Part shown: piece after piece, positions 10,934 to 18,854 of the stretch | How the letters are laid out: each line of letters starts with the position of its first letter | How positions within the stretch are numbered: the first letter of the stretch is position 1 | Assembly (NCBI GenBank): GCA_041694835.1 | Contig: JBGFRZ010000055.1 | Coordinates: 1-27,255, forward strand | Direction of reading: 5' to 3' | Source of the DNA: Ignavibacteria bacterium | Lineage (GTDB): Bacteria > Elusimicrobiota > Endomicrobiia > PHAN01 | DNA: 27,255 nucleotides | The notes under the pieces: generated by a model | Databases searched by the model: none | What the model was told of the DNA's origin: nothing | The model's input: the letters and a program-made list of their open reading frames with translations, nothing else | Program-made: the position numbers and the translations under genes

Positions 10934-11910
10934 TTTTGTTCTTTCAATGCCTCTAAAAGTTCTTTGGAGGTGACGGTCGCGGTGCCAAGTTTTCCCACAA
11001 CAATTCCCGCCGCATAGTTTGAGATTTCCGTCGCTTCGTAAAAAGACGCTCCAGAAGCAAGTGCAAGTGTAAATATAGCAATCACTGTATCGCCTGCGCC
11101 CGTCACATCATATACCTCTTTGGCTCTCGTGGGTATATTCCTTATTCTCCTCGATGGCTCAAAGAGTGTCATTCCTTTCTCGCCGCGTGTGATGATTAAC
11201 GCATCGGGTCTTAATTTTTTCATTATTTTGCGACCTATATTTACCACATCTTCTTCGGTTTTGTTTTTTATTGCCTTTATACCCTCGGTCGCCTCGTTAA
11301 GGTTGGGGGTAAGGCAAGTGACTCTTTTATATTTTGAGAAGTGTTCTATTTTAGGGTCAACGGTTATTGGTATCTTTCTTTTTCTGGCGAGTGGTATGAC
11401 GATTTTTAGTAATTTCTCACAGATGACGCCTTTTCCGTAATCGGATAAAATAACGGCATCGGCCGCTGTTACGGAGTTGTGAACGTTGTTAATCAATGAA
11501 TCTAAAATTTTTCGGTCAAATGACGTTTTTACTTCTCTGTCAACCCTGACTACTTGCTGATGATGCGCTATGATTCTGGTCTTGAGGATTGTTGGACGGC
11601 TTTTATCCTTTATTACGCCGGATGTCACAATTCCATTAGAGTTGAGCGATTTTAATAAATACTCCGCCGAAAAATCCTCGCCGGCCACCCCTATAACGCA
11701 TGCACTCCCGCCGACAGAAACTATATTTGCCACCACATTCGCGGCGCCACCGGCCATATATATTTCTTTGCTGATTTCTACCACGGGGACTGGTGCTTCT
11801 GGCGATATCCTTGAGACATTGCCGTATATAAACCGGTCAACCATTATATCGCCGATGACAAGGATATTTTTACGGGCGAAATTACTTATTATTTTTTCGT
11901 ATCTTTGCAT
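10930..11910 (-). CDS. rfaE1: D-glycero-D-manno-heptose-7-phosphate kinase (stand-alone HldE/RfaE domain I)
   Basis: RISPEAPVPVV, GGAANV, SDYGKG, TPN..EA and DVTGAGDTV motifs; no cytidylyltransferase domain. Confidence 0.94.
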
Positions 11911-11938
11911 ATTTTGAAATTATCGAAAAAGGCCTTTT

Positions 11939-12037
11939 ACCACAAAGACACAGAGAAAAGTGAGAACTTCACAGAGAAACCACCGACGGGAAAAATGCCT
12001 TTGCGTTTTTCCTCTGTGGTCATTGTGCCTCTGTGGT
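11939..12037. repeat. CACAGAG-type palindromic element, copy 1
   Basis: Left arm ACCACAAAGACACAGAG...CACAGAG; right arm CTCTGTGGT...GTGCCTCTGTGGT. Confidence 0.8.
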
Positions 12038-12074
12038 GAGGTTTTGGCGAAATGTCAACGGTTCCATTTTGCTT

Positions 12075-13061
12075 TCACATTAAACCTGAAGAAATTAAAT
12101 CGCGCTCATCTATTATGCCTATCGGTCTGTTTTTATCGTCAACTACGGGTAGATTATCGCAGTTGTATTTTTTTAAAATCTCGGCGGCGTCGGATGCTAA
12201 AATATCAGCGGTTACCGTTTTCGGATTTTTAGTCATAACTTCTTTGATTTTTTTAGAAAGAATCGCATCATCTATTTGTAGTTTTCTCCTTAGATCCCCG
12301 TCGGTAAAATAGCCCACAAGTTTTTTCCTTTCGTCGACTACGCTTACAGCGCCGAGTTTCGTTTTTGTCATCACAATAAGAGCGTCTTTCACTTTCGCCC
12401 TCTCTGGAATAATCGGATTATTTCTGCCCATATGCATAATTTCTTTTATTTTTAGTGTAAGTTTTTTTCCAAGATTGCCACCCGGATGATATCTGGCAAA
12501 ATCGATTTTTCTAAAACCATTTATTGAAGCTACCCCAAGGGCGATAGCGTCGCCAATCGCAAGCATGGCCGTAGTTGATGAAGTCGGCACAAGATTAAAT
12601 GGACATGCCTCTTTTTTTACCGAAGACATAATCACGCAATCCGCCAATCTGCCAAGAAATGACCTGGGCCTTCCCGTCATTACTATAATTTTAGAGCCAA
12701 TTGCTTTAAGGGATGTAGCAATGCCTTTTAACTCTTCGGATTCGCCGGAGTAGGAGAGTATAAAAATTAAATCGTTCTGAGATATCATCCCAAGGTCTCC
12801 GTGGAGAAGTTCTGTCAGATTGACAAAAACAGATGGTATCCCTACAGAAGAAAATGTCGCCGAGATTTTTCTTGCAATAAATCCAGATTTTCCGATGCCA
12901 ACAATTATAATTTTGCCCCGGTTTTTTATGATATTGATTATCATTATCACCGATTTTATATGATTATCGTCGATATGACTTATTTGTTCTTTGACGGCGG
13001 ACGACTCAATTATCAATGTATTTCTTAATACCGCTTTAATTTTCTTAATGTCCTTGTCCAT
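12075..13061 (-). CDS. kdsD: Arabinose-5-phosphate isomerase (SIS domain plus 2 CBS domains)
   Basis: GIGKSG, HGDLG, EACPFNLVPTSSTT, HPGGNLG and FTDGDLRR motifs. Confidence 0.95.
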   Translation of the reverse strand: MDKDIKKIKAVLRNTLIIESSAVKEQISHIDDNHIKSVIMIINIIKNRGKIIIVGIGKSGFIARKISATFSSVGIPSVFVNLTELLHGDLGMISQNDLIFILSYSGESEELKGIATSLKAIGSKIIVMTGRPRSFLGRLADCVIMSSVKKEACPFNLVPTSSTTAMLAIGDAIALGVASINGFRKIDFARYHPGGNLGKKLTLKIKEIMHMGRNNPIIPERAKVKDALIVMTKTKLGAVSVVDERKKLVGYFTDGDLRRKLQIDDAILSKKIKEVMTKNPKTVTADILASDAAEILKKYNCDNLPVVDDKNRPIGIIDERDLISSGLM

Positions 13062-13860
13062 AAATTTTCAACACATCAATAAGATAGTTTTCGAAATCCG
13101 AAAGTTTGAGCGCGTTGGCTCCATCAGAAAATGCATTTTTAGGGTCGTGATGCACTTCCGCAAAAATCGCATCGACACCGACTGCTACCGCCGCTTTCGA
13201 TAAAGGGGGTATGAATTCACTCTGCCCGCCTGTTTGGGTGCCAAGTCCACCCGGGAGTTGAACCGAATGGGTAGCGTCGTAAATCACAGGATAACCGAAG
13301 TTTTTCATTATGACTATGGAACGCATATCCACCACAAGATTGTTATATCCAAAAGTGGTTCCTCTTTCTGTCAATAAAATATTTTTGTTTCCGGTCGATT
13401 CGATTTTTTTTATGACATTTTTCATATCATACGGCGAGAGGAACTGCCCTTTTTTTACATTGACGGGGCGTCCTGTCTTTGCCGCCGCAACAATCAAATC
13501 CGTCTGTCTGCACAAAAATGCCGGTATCTGAATTATGTCGGCGACCTTTGAAACGGTTTCCGCATCTTTCGAGCAGTGAATGTCTACAAGTAAAGGTAGA
13601 CCTAATTTTGATTTTATTTTTTTAAGAACTTCCAAGCCCTTTTTTAGACCGGGGCCTCTGAAAGATTCGATGGATGTTCTGTTTGCTTTGTCATAAGAGG
13701 CTTTAAAAATAAGCGGCAACTTCAATTTTTCACAACTCTTTTTTAACTTTTGAGCCGTCTGAAATGCGGCGCTTTCGGATTCAATGACGCATGGCCCCGC
13801 AATCAAAACCAACGGATTACCCGCTCCGATTTTTATTTTTCCTATTGTAATTGATTTCAT
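13045..13860 (-). CDS. kdsA: Kdo-8-phosphate synthase (metal-dependent type, Cys in AGPCVIE)
   Basis: KASYDKANRTS, QIPAFLCRQTDL, KKGQF, DATHSVQLPG and SDG motifs; ATG 13860 preferred over GTG 13869. Confidence 0.97.
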   Translation of the reverse strand: MKSITIGKIKIGAGNPLVLIAGPCVIESESAAFQTAQKLKKSCEKLKLPLIFKASYDKANRTSIESFRGPGLKKGLEVLKKIKSKLGLPLLVDIHCSKDAETVSKVADIIQIPAFLCRQTDLIVAAAKTGRPVNVKKGQFLSPYDMKNVIKKIESTGNKNILLTERGTTFGYNNLVVDMRSIVIMKNFGYPVIYDATHSVQLPGGLGTQTGGQSEFIPPLSKAAVAVGVDAIFAEVHHDPKNAFSDGANALKLSDFENYLIDVLKIYGQGH

Positions 13861-13862
13861 TT

Positions 13863-14810
13863 CTACCACTCTACCTTTCTACCTTTACTGCCGCAATGTA
13901 AAAAATAATACAGCAGCGGTAACATTATTTCGTGATGACCCGAAAAATCGTATCCCTGTCCAGAATCAGCGGTCGGTCTTTGAACGATATTTTGTGTCGG
14001 CCTGTAGAGCCGAAACATATCAAAATTCGCCGTCGTAAAATTAGCCACAGGACATTTTATATTGCGCGCAAGGCTCAACGCTTTCAGAAAAACCTCGGGG
14101 ATTAGCACAGCGCTCCCGAAATTTAGAAACACACCGCCGTCGTCAAGTTTAGAAACAACCTCGGCGAATTTGAGAAAATCATCGTAACTTACTTTCCCCC
14201 ATGATGCGCCGTCGCATTCGGGATGCTGATAAACAATGTCCGTGCCTATGGCAACATGTACGGTAAACGGTATTTTATGTCTGTAGCATGCGGCCGCGAT
14301 TGAATAGTTTTTATGCGGTAAATTTTTTGATAATTCTACTTCGCGGCCGAAGGAGTATCCCAATCCAATGGAACTTATTGTAGCTTTTTTTGCAACATTA
14401 TTTAAAAAAATCCCGGTTTCTCTGCTCATCCCGAATGAGCCATCTTTGATTCCTTCCGCAACTTCTTCCGATGTGTATCCGACTTTTGCTATTTCGTAGT
14501 CATGTATTATTCCGGCGCCGTTTGTGGCAGCCGCCGTGAGCCATCCGTTTTCAATGAGTTTTATGACGATAGGCGAAAGACCGCATTTCACCAGATGGGC
14601 ACCGTAAGCAAGTATCCGAGGCTTTTTCTTTTTTTTGGCATTAACGATATATTTTATCAAATTTTTAAAATTCTTTCCAGCCAAAATATCCGGTATCAAC
14701 TCTTCTAAAACATTTTTTTTATCTACTCGTGCGAAATTTTCCAAAGCCACTCTACTCGCTCTTTCTTTTATTGAAATTCTCTTTACCTTGTCAATTTCAA
14801 TTCTTTTCAT
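13863..14810 (-). CDS. Conserved hypothetical protein, deoxyhypusine-synthase-like (resembles the GSU2086 family)
   Basis: GAHLVKCGLSP, ATNGAGIIHDYE, IPFTVHVAIGTDI, NFGSAV..PEVFLKA and GHHEIMLPLL; recognised from memory of the family. Confidence 0.72.
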   Translation of the reverse strand: MKRIEIDKVKRISIKERASRVALENFARVDKKNVLEELIPDILAGKNFKNLIKYIVNAKKKKKPRILAYGAHLVKCGLSPIVIKLIENGWLTAAATNGAGIIHDYEIAKVGYTSEEVAEGIKDGSFGMSRETGIFLNNVAKKATISSIGLGYSFGREVELSKNLPHKNYSIAAACYRHKIPFTVHVAIGTDIVYQHPECDGASWGKVSYDDFLKFAEVVSKLDDGGVFLNFGSAVLIPEVFLKALSLARNIKCPVANFTTANFDMFRLYRPTQNIVQRPTADSGQGYDFSGHHEIMLPLLYYFLHCGSKGRKVEW

Positions 14811-14831
14811 AAAATCTCCAATTCCTTCTCC

Positions 14832-14929
14832 CCTATCCTCTATTCTCTATACGCTATTCTCTCATCTCTCATCTCTCATCTCTCATCTCTCATCTCTCAC
14901 CTCTCATCTCTATCCGCTATTCGCTATTT
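14832..14929. repeat. Heptanucleotide tandem array (14 units in register)
   Basis: TCTCATC x7 (one unit is TCTCACC) at 14860-14908, flanked by four (left) and three (right) nCTATnn units. Confidence 0.92.
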
Positions 14930-15988
14930 AACTGTGTTATATTCTACCAAAACAGCATCAACCGAACCAATAAACACTTCTGATTTCATCAAAACGGGCA
15001 TACGCCTTTGGTCCGCCGTAACCCATACCAAGAGTTTCCCTTTCGCCTTAAAGATTCCTTCACCCTTTAGCCGGGGCTCCAGTTTATAACACTCAAACTC
15101 GCCGGCGGGGACCCTGATTTTTTCCTTTTTGTGAACCTTGATGATAAGAGGATATGTCTTATCGCCCGAATGCGTGTCAACTGTCAACTCGCCGCCATCT
15201 TCGAGATTTTGAAGCCTTGCATAGTATAAACTGCTGAAAACATCCTGGACATATGGCCGAGTCGAACCCGTTTTCCCATCAGAAAGTTTGAATACATTGT
15301 TTATCTGGTCGAACTCTATAAATTCGTACTTTTTGTAACCGCCTTCCTGAATGTTCGATTCGAATTTATGCGAACAGACGCTCTCCACGTCCATGAAGGA
15401 AATGTTAGTGTCTCTTACTTTGAAAAAGGTATCTATGAAAGGGGTGGATCGCGCCTCACTGACAATTTTATACGCGCTTCTTCCATTGATTTGAACAATT
15501 TCATCTATATTCATTGTTGCAACGCCTGCCGTTATGAACTGCCACTTTATGTGGAATTTAAGTTTCTCCCCAACTCCGAAAGCGTTGTTTTCGATTTTTC
15601 TCCAGTTAAATTCCGTCGCGGATGGCGAGGCGATATTTAGTTCAGCTTCCGATGGAAGCGACGGGGGCGGTTTAATGTCTGTATCCAATTTAGCAAACTC
15701 GGTAGTCATGTCCACTAATTCCTGCCCCTCTTTTTTAATATGAGGGAGGAGGAGAGTTTTGCCAGATACTATCAGATGTGGGTTTTTAATTTTGTTGATT
15801 TCAGCAAGTTCGGGATATAGTTTTCCATCTCCATAATATCTATATGCTATTTTTGCAAGCGTGTCGCCCCACTTTATGTAATGGGTTGTCGGGGATTGCA
15901 AATCGAACTCGACGGCAAAGGCATTCGCGAGAAAAAAATTAAAAAAGACAAGAGAGAGTAAAATGAGACCGTTGAAAAATTTTGCCAT
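14924..15988 (-). CDS. Exported LysM + DUF3108-like protein
   Basis: Signal peptide; LysM motif HYIKWGDTLAKIA..YYGD...Y..LA..N.I.NP.LI..G..L; C-terminal GEKL.F...W..I.AG, FFKVRD, V.AG.F.C, VWVT.D..R.PV. ATG 15988 preferred. Confidence 0.82.
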   Translation of the reverse strand: MAKFFNGLILLSLVFFNFFLANAFAVEFDLQSPTTHYIKWGDTLAKIAYRYYGDGKLYPELAEINKIKNPHLIVSGKTLLLPHIKKEGQELVDMTTEFAKLDTDIKPPPSLPSEAELNIASPSATEFNWRKIENNAFGVGEKLKFHIKWQFITAGVATMNIDEIVQINGRSAYKIVSEARSTPFIDTFFKVRDTNISFMDVESVCSHKFESNIQEGGYKKYEFIEFDQINNVFKLSDGKTGSTRPYVQDVFSSLYYARLQNLEDGGELTVDTHSGDKTYPLIIKVHKKEKIRVPAGEFECYKLEPRLKGEGIFKAKGKLLVWVTADQRRMPVLMKSEVFIGSVDAVLVEYNTVK

Positions 15989-16017
15989 ATAACAAAGTAA
16001 CAAAGTGATATAAAAAC

Positions 16018-16090
16018 CGCAAAGCGAAAAACGGGAAGTGCTTTAAATCCTTTGCGCTTTACGCTTCCCGAATTTCACTTTTTCACTTCA
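16018..16090. repeat. Inverted heptad element
   Basis: CGCAAAG CGAAAAA CGGGAAG (16018-16038) and CTTTGCG CTTTACG CTTCCCG (16050-16070), then TTTCACT x2. Confidence 0.7.
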
Positions 16091-16104
16091 TTACTCTTGC
16101 ACCA

Positions 16105-16665
16105 TTATACCTTTTGATTTCTTAGTATCCACAATGATGCATCAATCATATTTTTCGCTAAATAATCGGGTTTTACGTTTTTCTCTTTTATTTTTTTTGC
16201 TTCCTTTTCCCCATATCCCGTCATCACAAGAATACTTTTTGCTCCCGCGTTTTTCCCAAATTCAATATCCGTCAGTTTGTCTCCTATGCAAAATGATTTG
16301 GTTAAATCAAGGTTGAATCTTTTTTTCGCAGCTTCTATCATGCCGGTCGCAGGTTTTCTGCATTCGCAATTTTCGTCGGGATGATGTGGACAGTAAAACA
16401 TTGCGTCAACTATTGCGCCTTTTTTCCTTAAGCGATTTAAAATCTCCTTGTTGATTTTTTCTATCGTTTCTATGCCAAAGTATCCGCGGGCAACTCCTGA
16501 CTGATTGGTCGTAACTATAATTTTAAAACCGACCACGCGTAAAACAACCAGCGATTCGGCAACACCGTCAAGAATCCTGATATCTTTGATGCGACTGATA
16601 TAATTGCACTCTTTAATGAGCGTCCCGTCGCGATCTAAAATAATTGCTTTATTTTTTTTCGCCAG
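16105..16665 (-). CDS. gmhB: D-glycero-D-manno-heptose-1,7-bisphosphate phosphatase, probable CTG start
   Basis: TNQSGVARG, CPHHP..CECRKP and IGDK..D motifs. The frame extends 43 codons upstream of the ORF-track start and includes the catalytic LDRDGT; CTG at 16665 lies 7 nt after AAGGAG. Confidence 0.9.
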   Translation of the reverse strand: MAKKNKAIILDRDGTLIKECNYISRIKDIRILDGVAESLVVLRVVGFKIIVTTNQSGVARGYFGIETIEKINKEILNRLRKKGAIVDAMFYCPHHPDENCECRKPATGMIEAAKKRFNLDLTKSFCIGDKLTDIEFGKNAGAKSILVMTGYGEKEAKKIKEKNVKPDYLAKNMIDASLWILRNQKV

Positions 16666-17729
16666 ATGTCTTCTCCTTCGATAATTTTTATCCGAATATC
16701 AAAATAGTAAAAATTATCATAGTGTTGCTTAAAGAATTTAATTTTAACAGCATCTTTGCGAGTTGTTAGGAAAATACAGCATGGGTTCTCTTCAACAATC
16801 TTTTTCAAGTCAGACGCTTTATATCTGTGATGATCTAAAAAAGAATAAAATTTTTGAGGGGTATATCCGAGCGACTCGAGTGTCATTTTAAAATTTTCAT
16901 TAGACCCAATGGCTGAAAAAGCAACAATGCGTTCGTTCTCGGTTATTTTTTTTGATTCACCATTAAAAATATTTATTATGCCGGCGAGCTCATTTGCAAC
17001 TAGTACGGTCGGGGCTTTCGTATATATTGATATTTCTTTTCTCAACCTATCCAGTTCTCGAACAGGCACAATATTGACGTTAGTAATCAGTATTAAATCC
17101 GCTCGCGAAAGAGCCGAGAGCGGCTCTCTTAAAATTCCCGACGGAATCAACAGTCCGTTGCCGAAAGGATTTATTGCGTTGACGCAGACAATGTCTAAAT
17201 CACGCGCAAGACCCCAATGCTGAAAACCATCGTCTAAAATAAAAACATCGGGTTCAAATTTTTCAATCGCAAAAACTCCGGATTTATAACGGTCAGAACC
17301 GACAATAACGGGGACATTTTTCAATTGCTCTGCGAGCATATAGGGTTCATCGCCCGCTTCATCGGGAGATGCCCCGTCGGAAACAACTAAAGGTATTTCG
17401 GCACTTAATAAGGTTTGAATTCGCTTCATAAATATCCCCGTTGAAGTGGAAATATTTTGTGAATTCATTTTTACATTATCTTTCCGATTTTCGATTTCCG
17501 CTTTCCACTTTCTTTTATACCCTCTCGTAAGAATTGCCGGCTTTTTTTCAAGTTGCAGAATATCATCGGCAAGTTTTATTACCGCCGAAGTTTTTCCCGC
17601 TCCGCCCCAGGTGATATTGCCGACGCTAATAACTTTTCCCGGAAGCGTTTTGGCTTTGACCAAACGTTTGTTTATCGCATATCCGAGACAATACAAAACC
17701 GAAAACGGCGCAAGAATATATTTAAACAT
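16635..17729 (-). CDS. lpxK: Tetraacyldisaccharide (lipid A) 4'-kinase
   Basis: SVGNITWGGAGKT, LTRGY, GDEP, LDDGFQH, P.G.LREP, F.DHH.Y and TT.KDAVK motifs. Confidence 0.95.
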   Translation of the reverse strand: MFKYILAPFSVLYCLGYAINKRLVKAKTLPGKVISVGNITWGGAGKTSAVIKLADDILQLEKKPAILTRGYKRKWKAEIENRKDNVKMNSQNISTSTGIFMKRIQTLLSAEIPLVVSDGASPDEAGDEPYMLAEQLKNVPVIVGSDRYKSGVFAIEKFEPDVFILDDGFQHWGLARDLDIVCVNAINPFGNGLLIPSGILREPLSALSRADLILITNVNIVPVRELDRLRKEISIYTKAPTVLVANELAGIINIFNGESKKITENERIVAFSAIGSNENFKMTLESLGYTPQKFYSFLDHHRYKASDLKKIVEENPCCIFLTTRKDAVKIKFFKQHYDNFYYFDIRIKIIEGEDIWRKKIKQLF

Positions 17730-17880
17730 CGTTGCTCGCAATCACTTTTTCAAAAAGTTAAGGCTCTCATCCATTTTAAGTGAGTAAATTATTGTTCTTT
17801 TTAAGACGGTAAAAACATATAAAGAAACCCCATTAAATTTGGCAGCATTATTTTAATTTTCGGTATAGATACCTTTTATC

Positions 17881-18073
17881 ACACACCCCTTTATCCCCTC
17901 TTGTTAGAGGGGAAGAGGGGGAAAGAAACACACACCCCTGTGTCGTCTCCCCTCTATTAAGAGGTGCCCGGGTGTGTGTTGTCTCCCCTCTAATAAGCCT
18001 GTCCCGAACTCGTTTCGGGAAGGGGGCCGGGGGTGTGTCGTCTCCCCTCTATTAAGAGGGGTCGGGGGTGTGT
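17881..18073. repeat. REP-like cluster: three tandem units, one inverted unit and a nested 23-bp insert
   Basis: Unit GTCTCCCCTCTAWTAAGAGGGG..GGGGGTGTGT at about 17945, 17981 and 18040; inverted copy at 17881-17913; insert at 17998-18020. Confidence 0.88.
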
Positions 18074-18142
18074 CGGTTTTTGTCTGTGAAAATCATAGAA
18101 AAAAAACATAAATTACCCACACAAAAAGGAGAAGACTCAAAG

Positions 18143-18853
18143 TTAAAAAATACCAAACCTCAATTTCCACACCAAAAATATTGCTTCGAATATTATTTTT
18201 TTTGATATTTTAGATTTTCCCGCAACTCTATCAATAAAAACTATGGGATGCTCGCAAAGCCTAAATTTGTTTTTGAATGTCCTGAACTTTAACTCGATTA
18301 AAAAACTATAGCCCTCGGTTTTTATCCTGTCTATGTCAATTGTTTGAAGAACTTCTTTTTTGATACACATAAAGCCGGATGTATTGTCATTTGTCGATAA
18401 ACCCGTCACAAATTTTGCATACAGATTACCATATTTGCTTATAATTTTTCTCATAAGTGGCCATCCGACCGTTCCGCCGCCACGGATATATCTTGAACCA
18501 ATGATTAAATCGTTGTCTTTGAGTCTTTCTAAAATTTCCGGCAAGTAATCCGGATTATGAGAAAAATCGGCGTCCATAGTAAAAACGGTGTCATACTTTC
18601 TCTCAATAGCCCACTTAAAACCTTGCCTGTATGCACTCCCGAGCCCGAGTTTTTCCCGACGATGTATTACATTTAATTTTAGCGAAGCGTCATTTTTCAT
18701 TTTTAATTCATCAATTATCCCGCCAGTGCCGTCGGGCGAGTTGTCGTCGATAACAAGTATGTCCAAACCGGCATTTAACTGATTTATTTGTTCTATTAAC
18801 TTGATTATATTTTCTTTCTCATTGTACGTCGGTGTTATCACAAGTGCTCTCAT
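18143..18853 (-). CDS. Polyprenol-monophosphomannose synthase (DPM1/Ppm1-like GT2)
   Basis: PTYNEKENI, DDNSPDGTG, KLGLGSAY, MDADFSHNP, GSRY..GG, GYSF.IE and F.DR..G.SK motifs. Confidence 0.92.
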   Translation of the reverse strand: MRALVITPTYNEKENIIKLIEQINQLNAGLDILVIDDNSPDGTGGIIDELKMKNDASLKLNVIHRREKLGLGSAYRQGFKWAIERKYDTVFTMDADFSHNPDYLPEILERLKDNDLIIGSRYIRGGGTVGWPLMRKIISKYGNLYAKFVTGLSTNDNTSGFMCIKKEVLQTIDIDRIKTEGYSFLIELKFRTFKNKFRLCEHPIVFIDRVAGKSKISKKIIFEAIFLVWKLRFGIF

Positions 18854-18854
18854 T

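Noticed and set aside
11960-12312. Plus-strand ORFs across the CACAGAG element
   Set aside because: No recognisable motifs (no GxxExxY), and they overlap kdsD antisense.
14635-14931. Plus-strand 98-aa ORF with SHLSSLI repeats
   Set aside because: Translation artefact of the heptad array, antisense to a real gene.
17742-17855. Remnant of waaA/kdtA upstream of lpxK
   Set aside because: The minus-strand open stretch (NNAAKFNGV...FLKK) is only about 36 codons, follows an in-frame stop, and shows no WaaA similarity that I can recognise.
17881-18073. CRISPR array
   Set aside because: Units are almost adjacent with no unique spacers, one copy is inverted, and there are no cas genes.
18685-18720. 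Heptad-like TTTTCAT TTTTAAT inside the Ppm1-like gene as another in-frame insertion
   Set aside because: Only about three extra residues, easily explained by AT-rich Lys/Asn codons.
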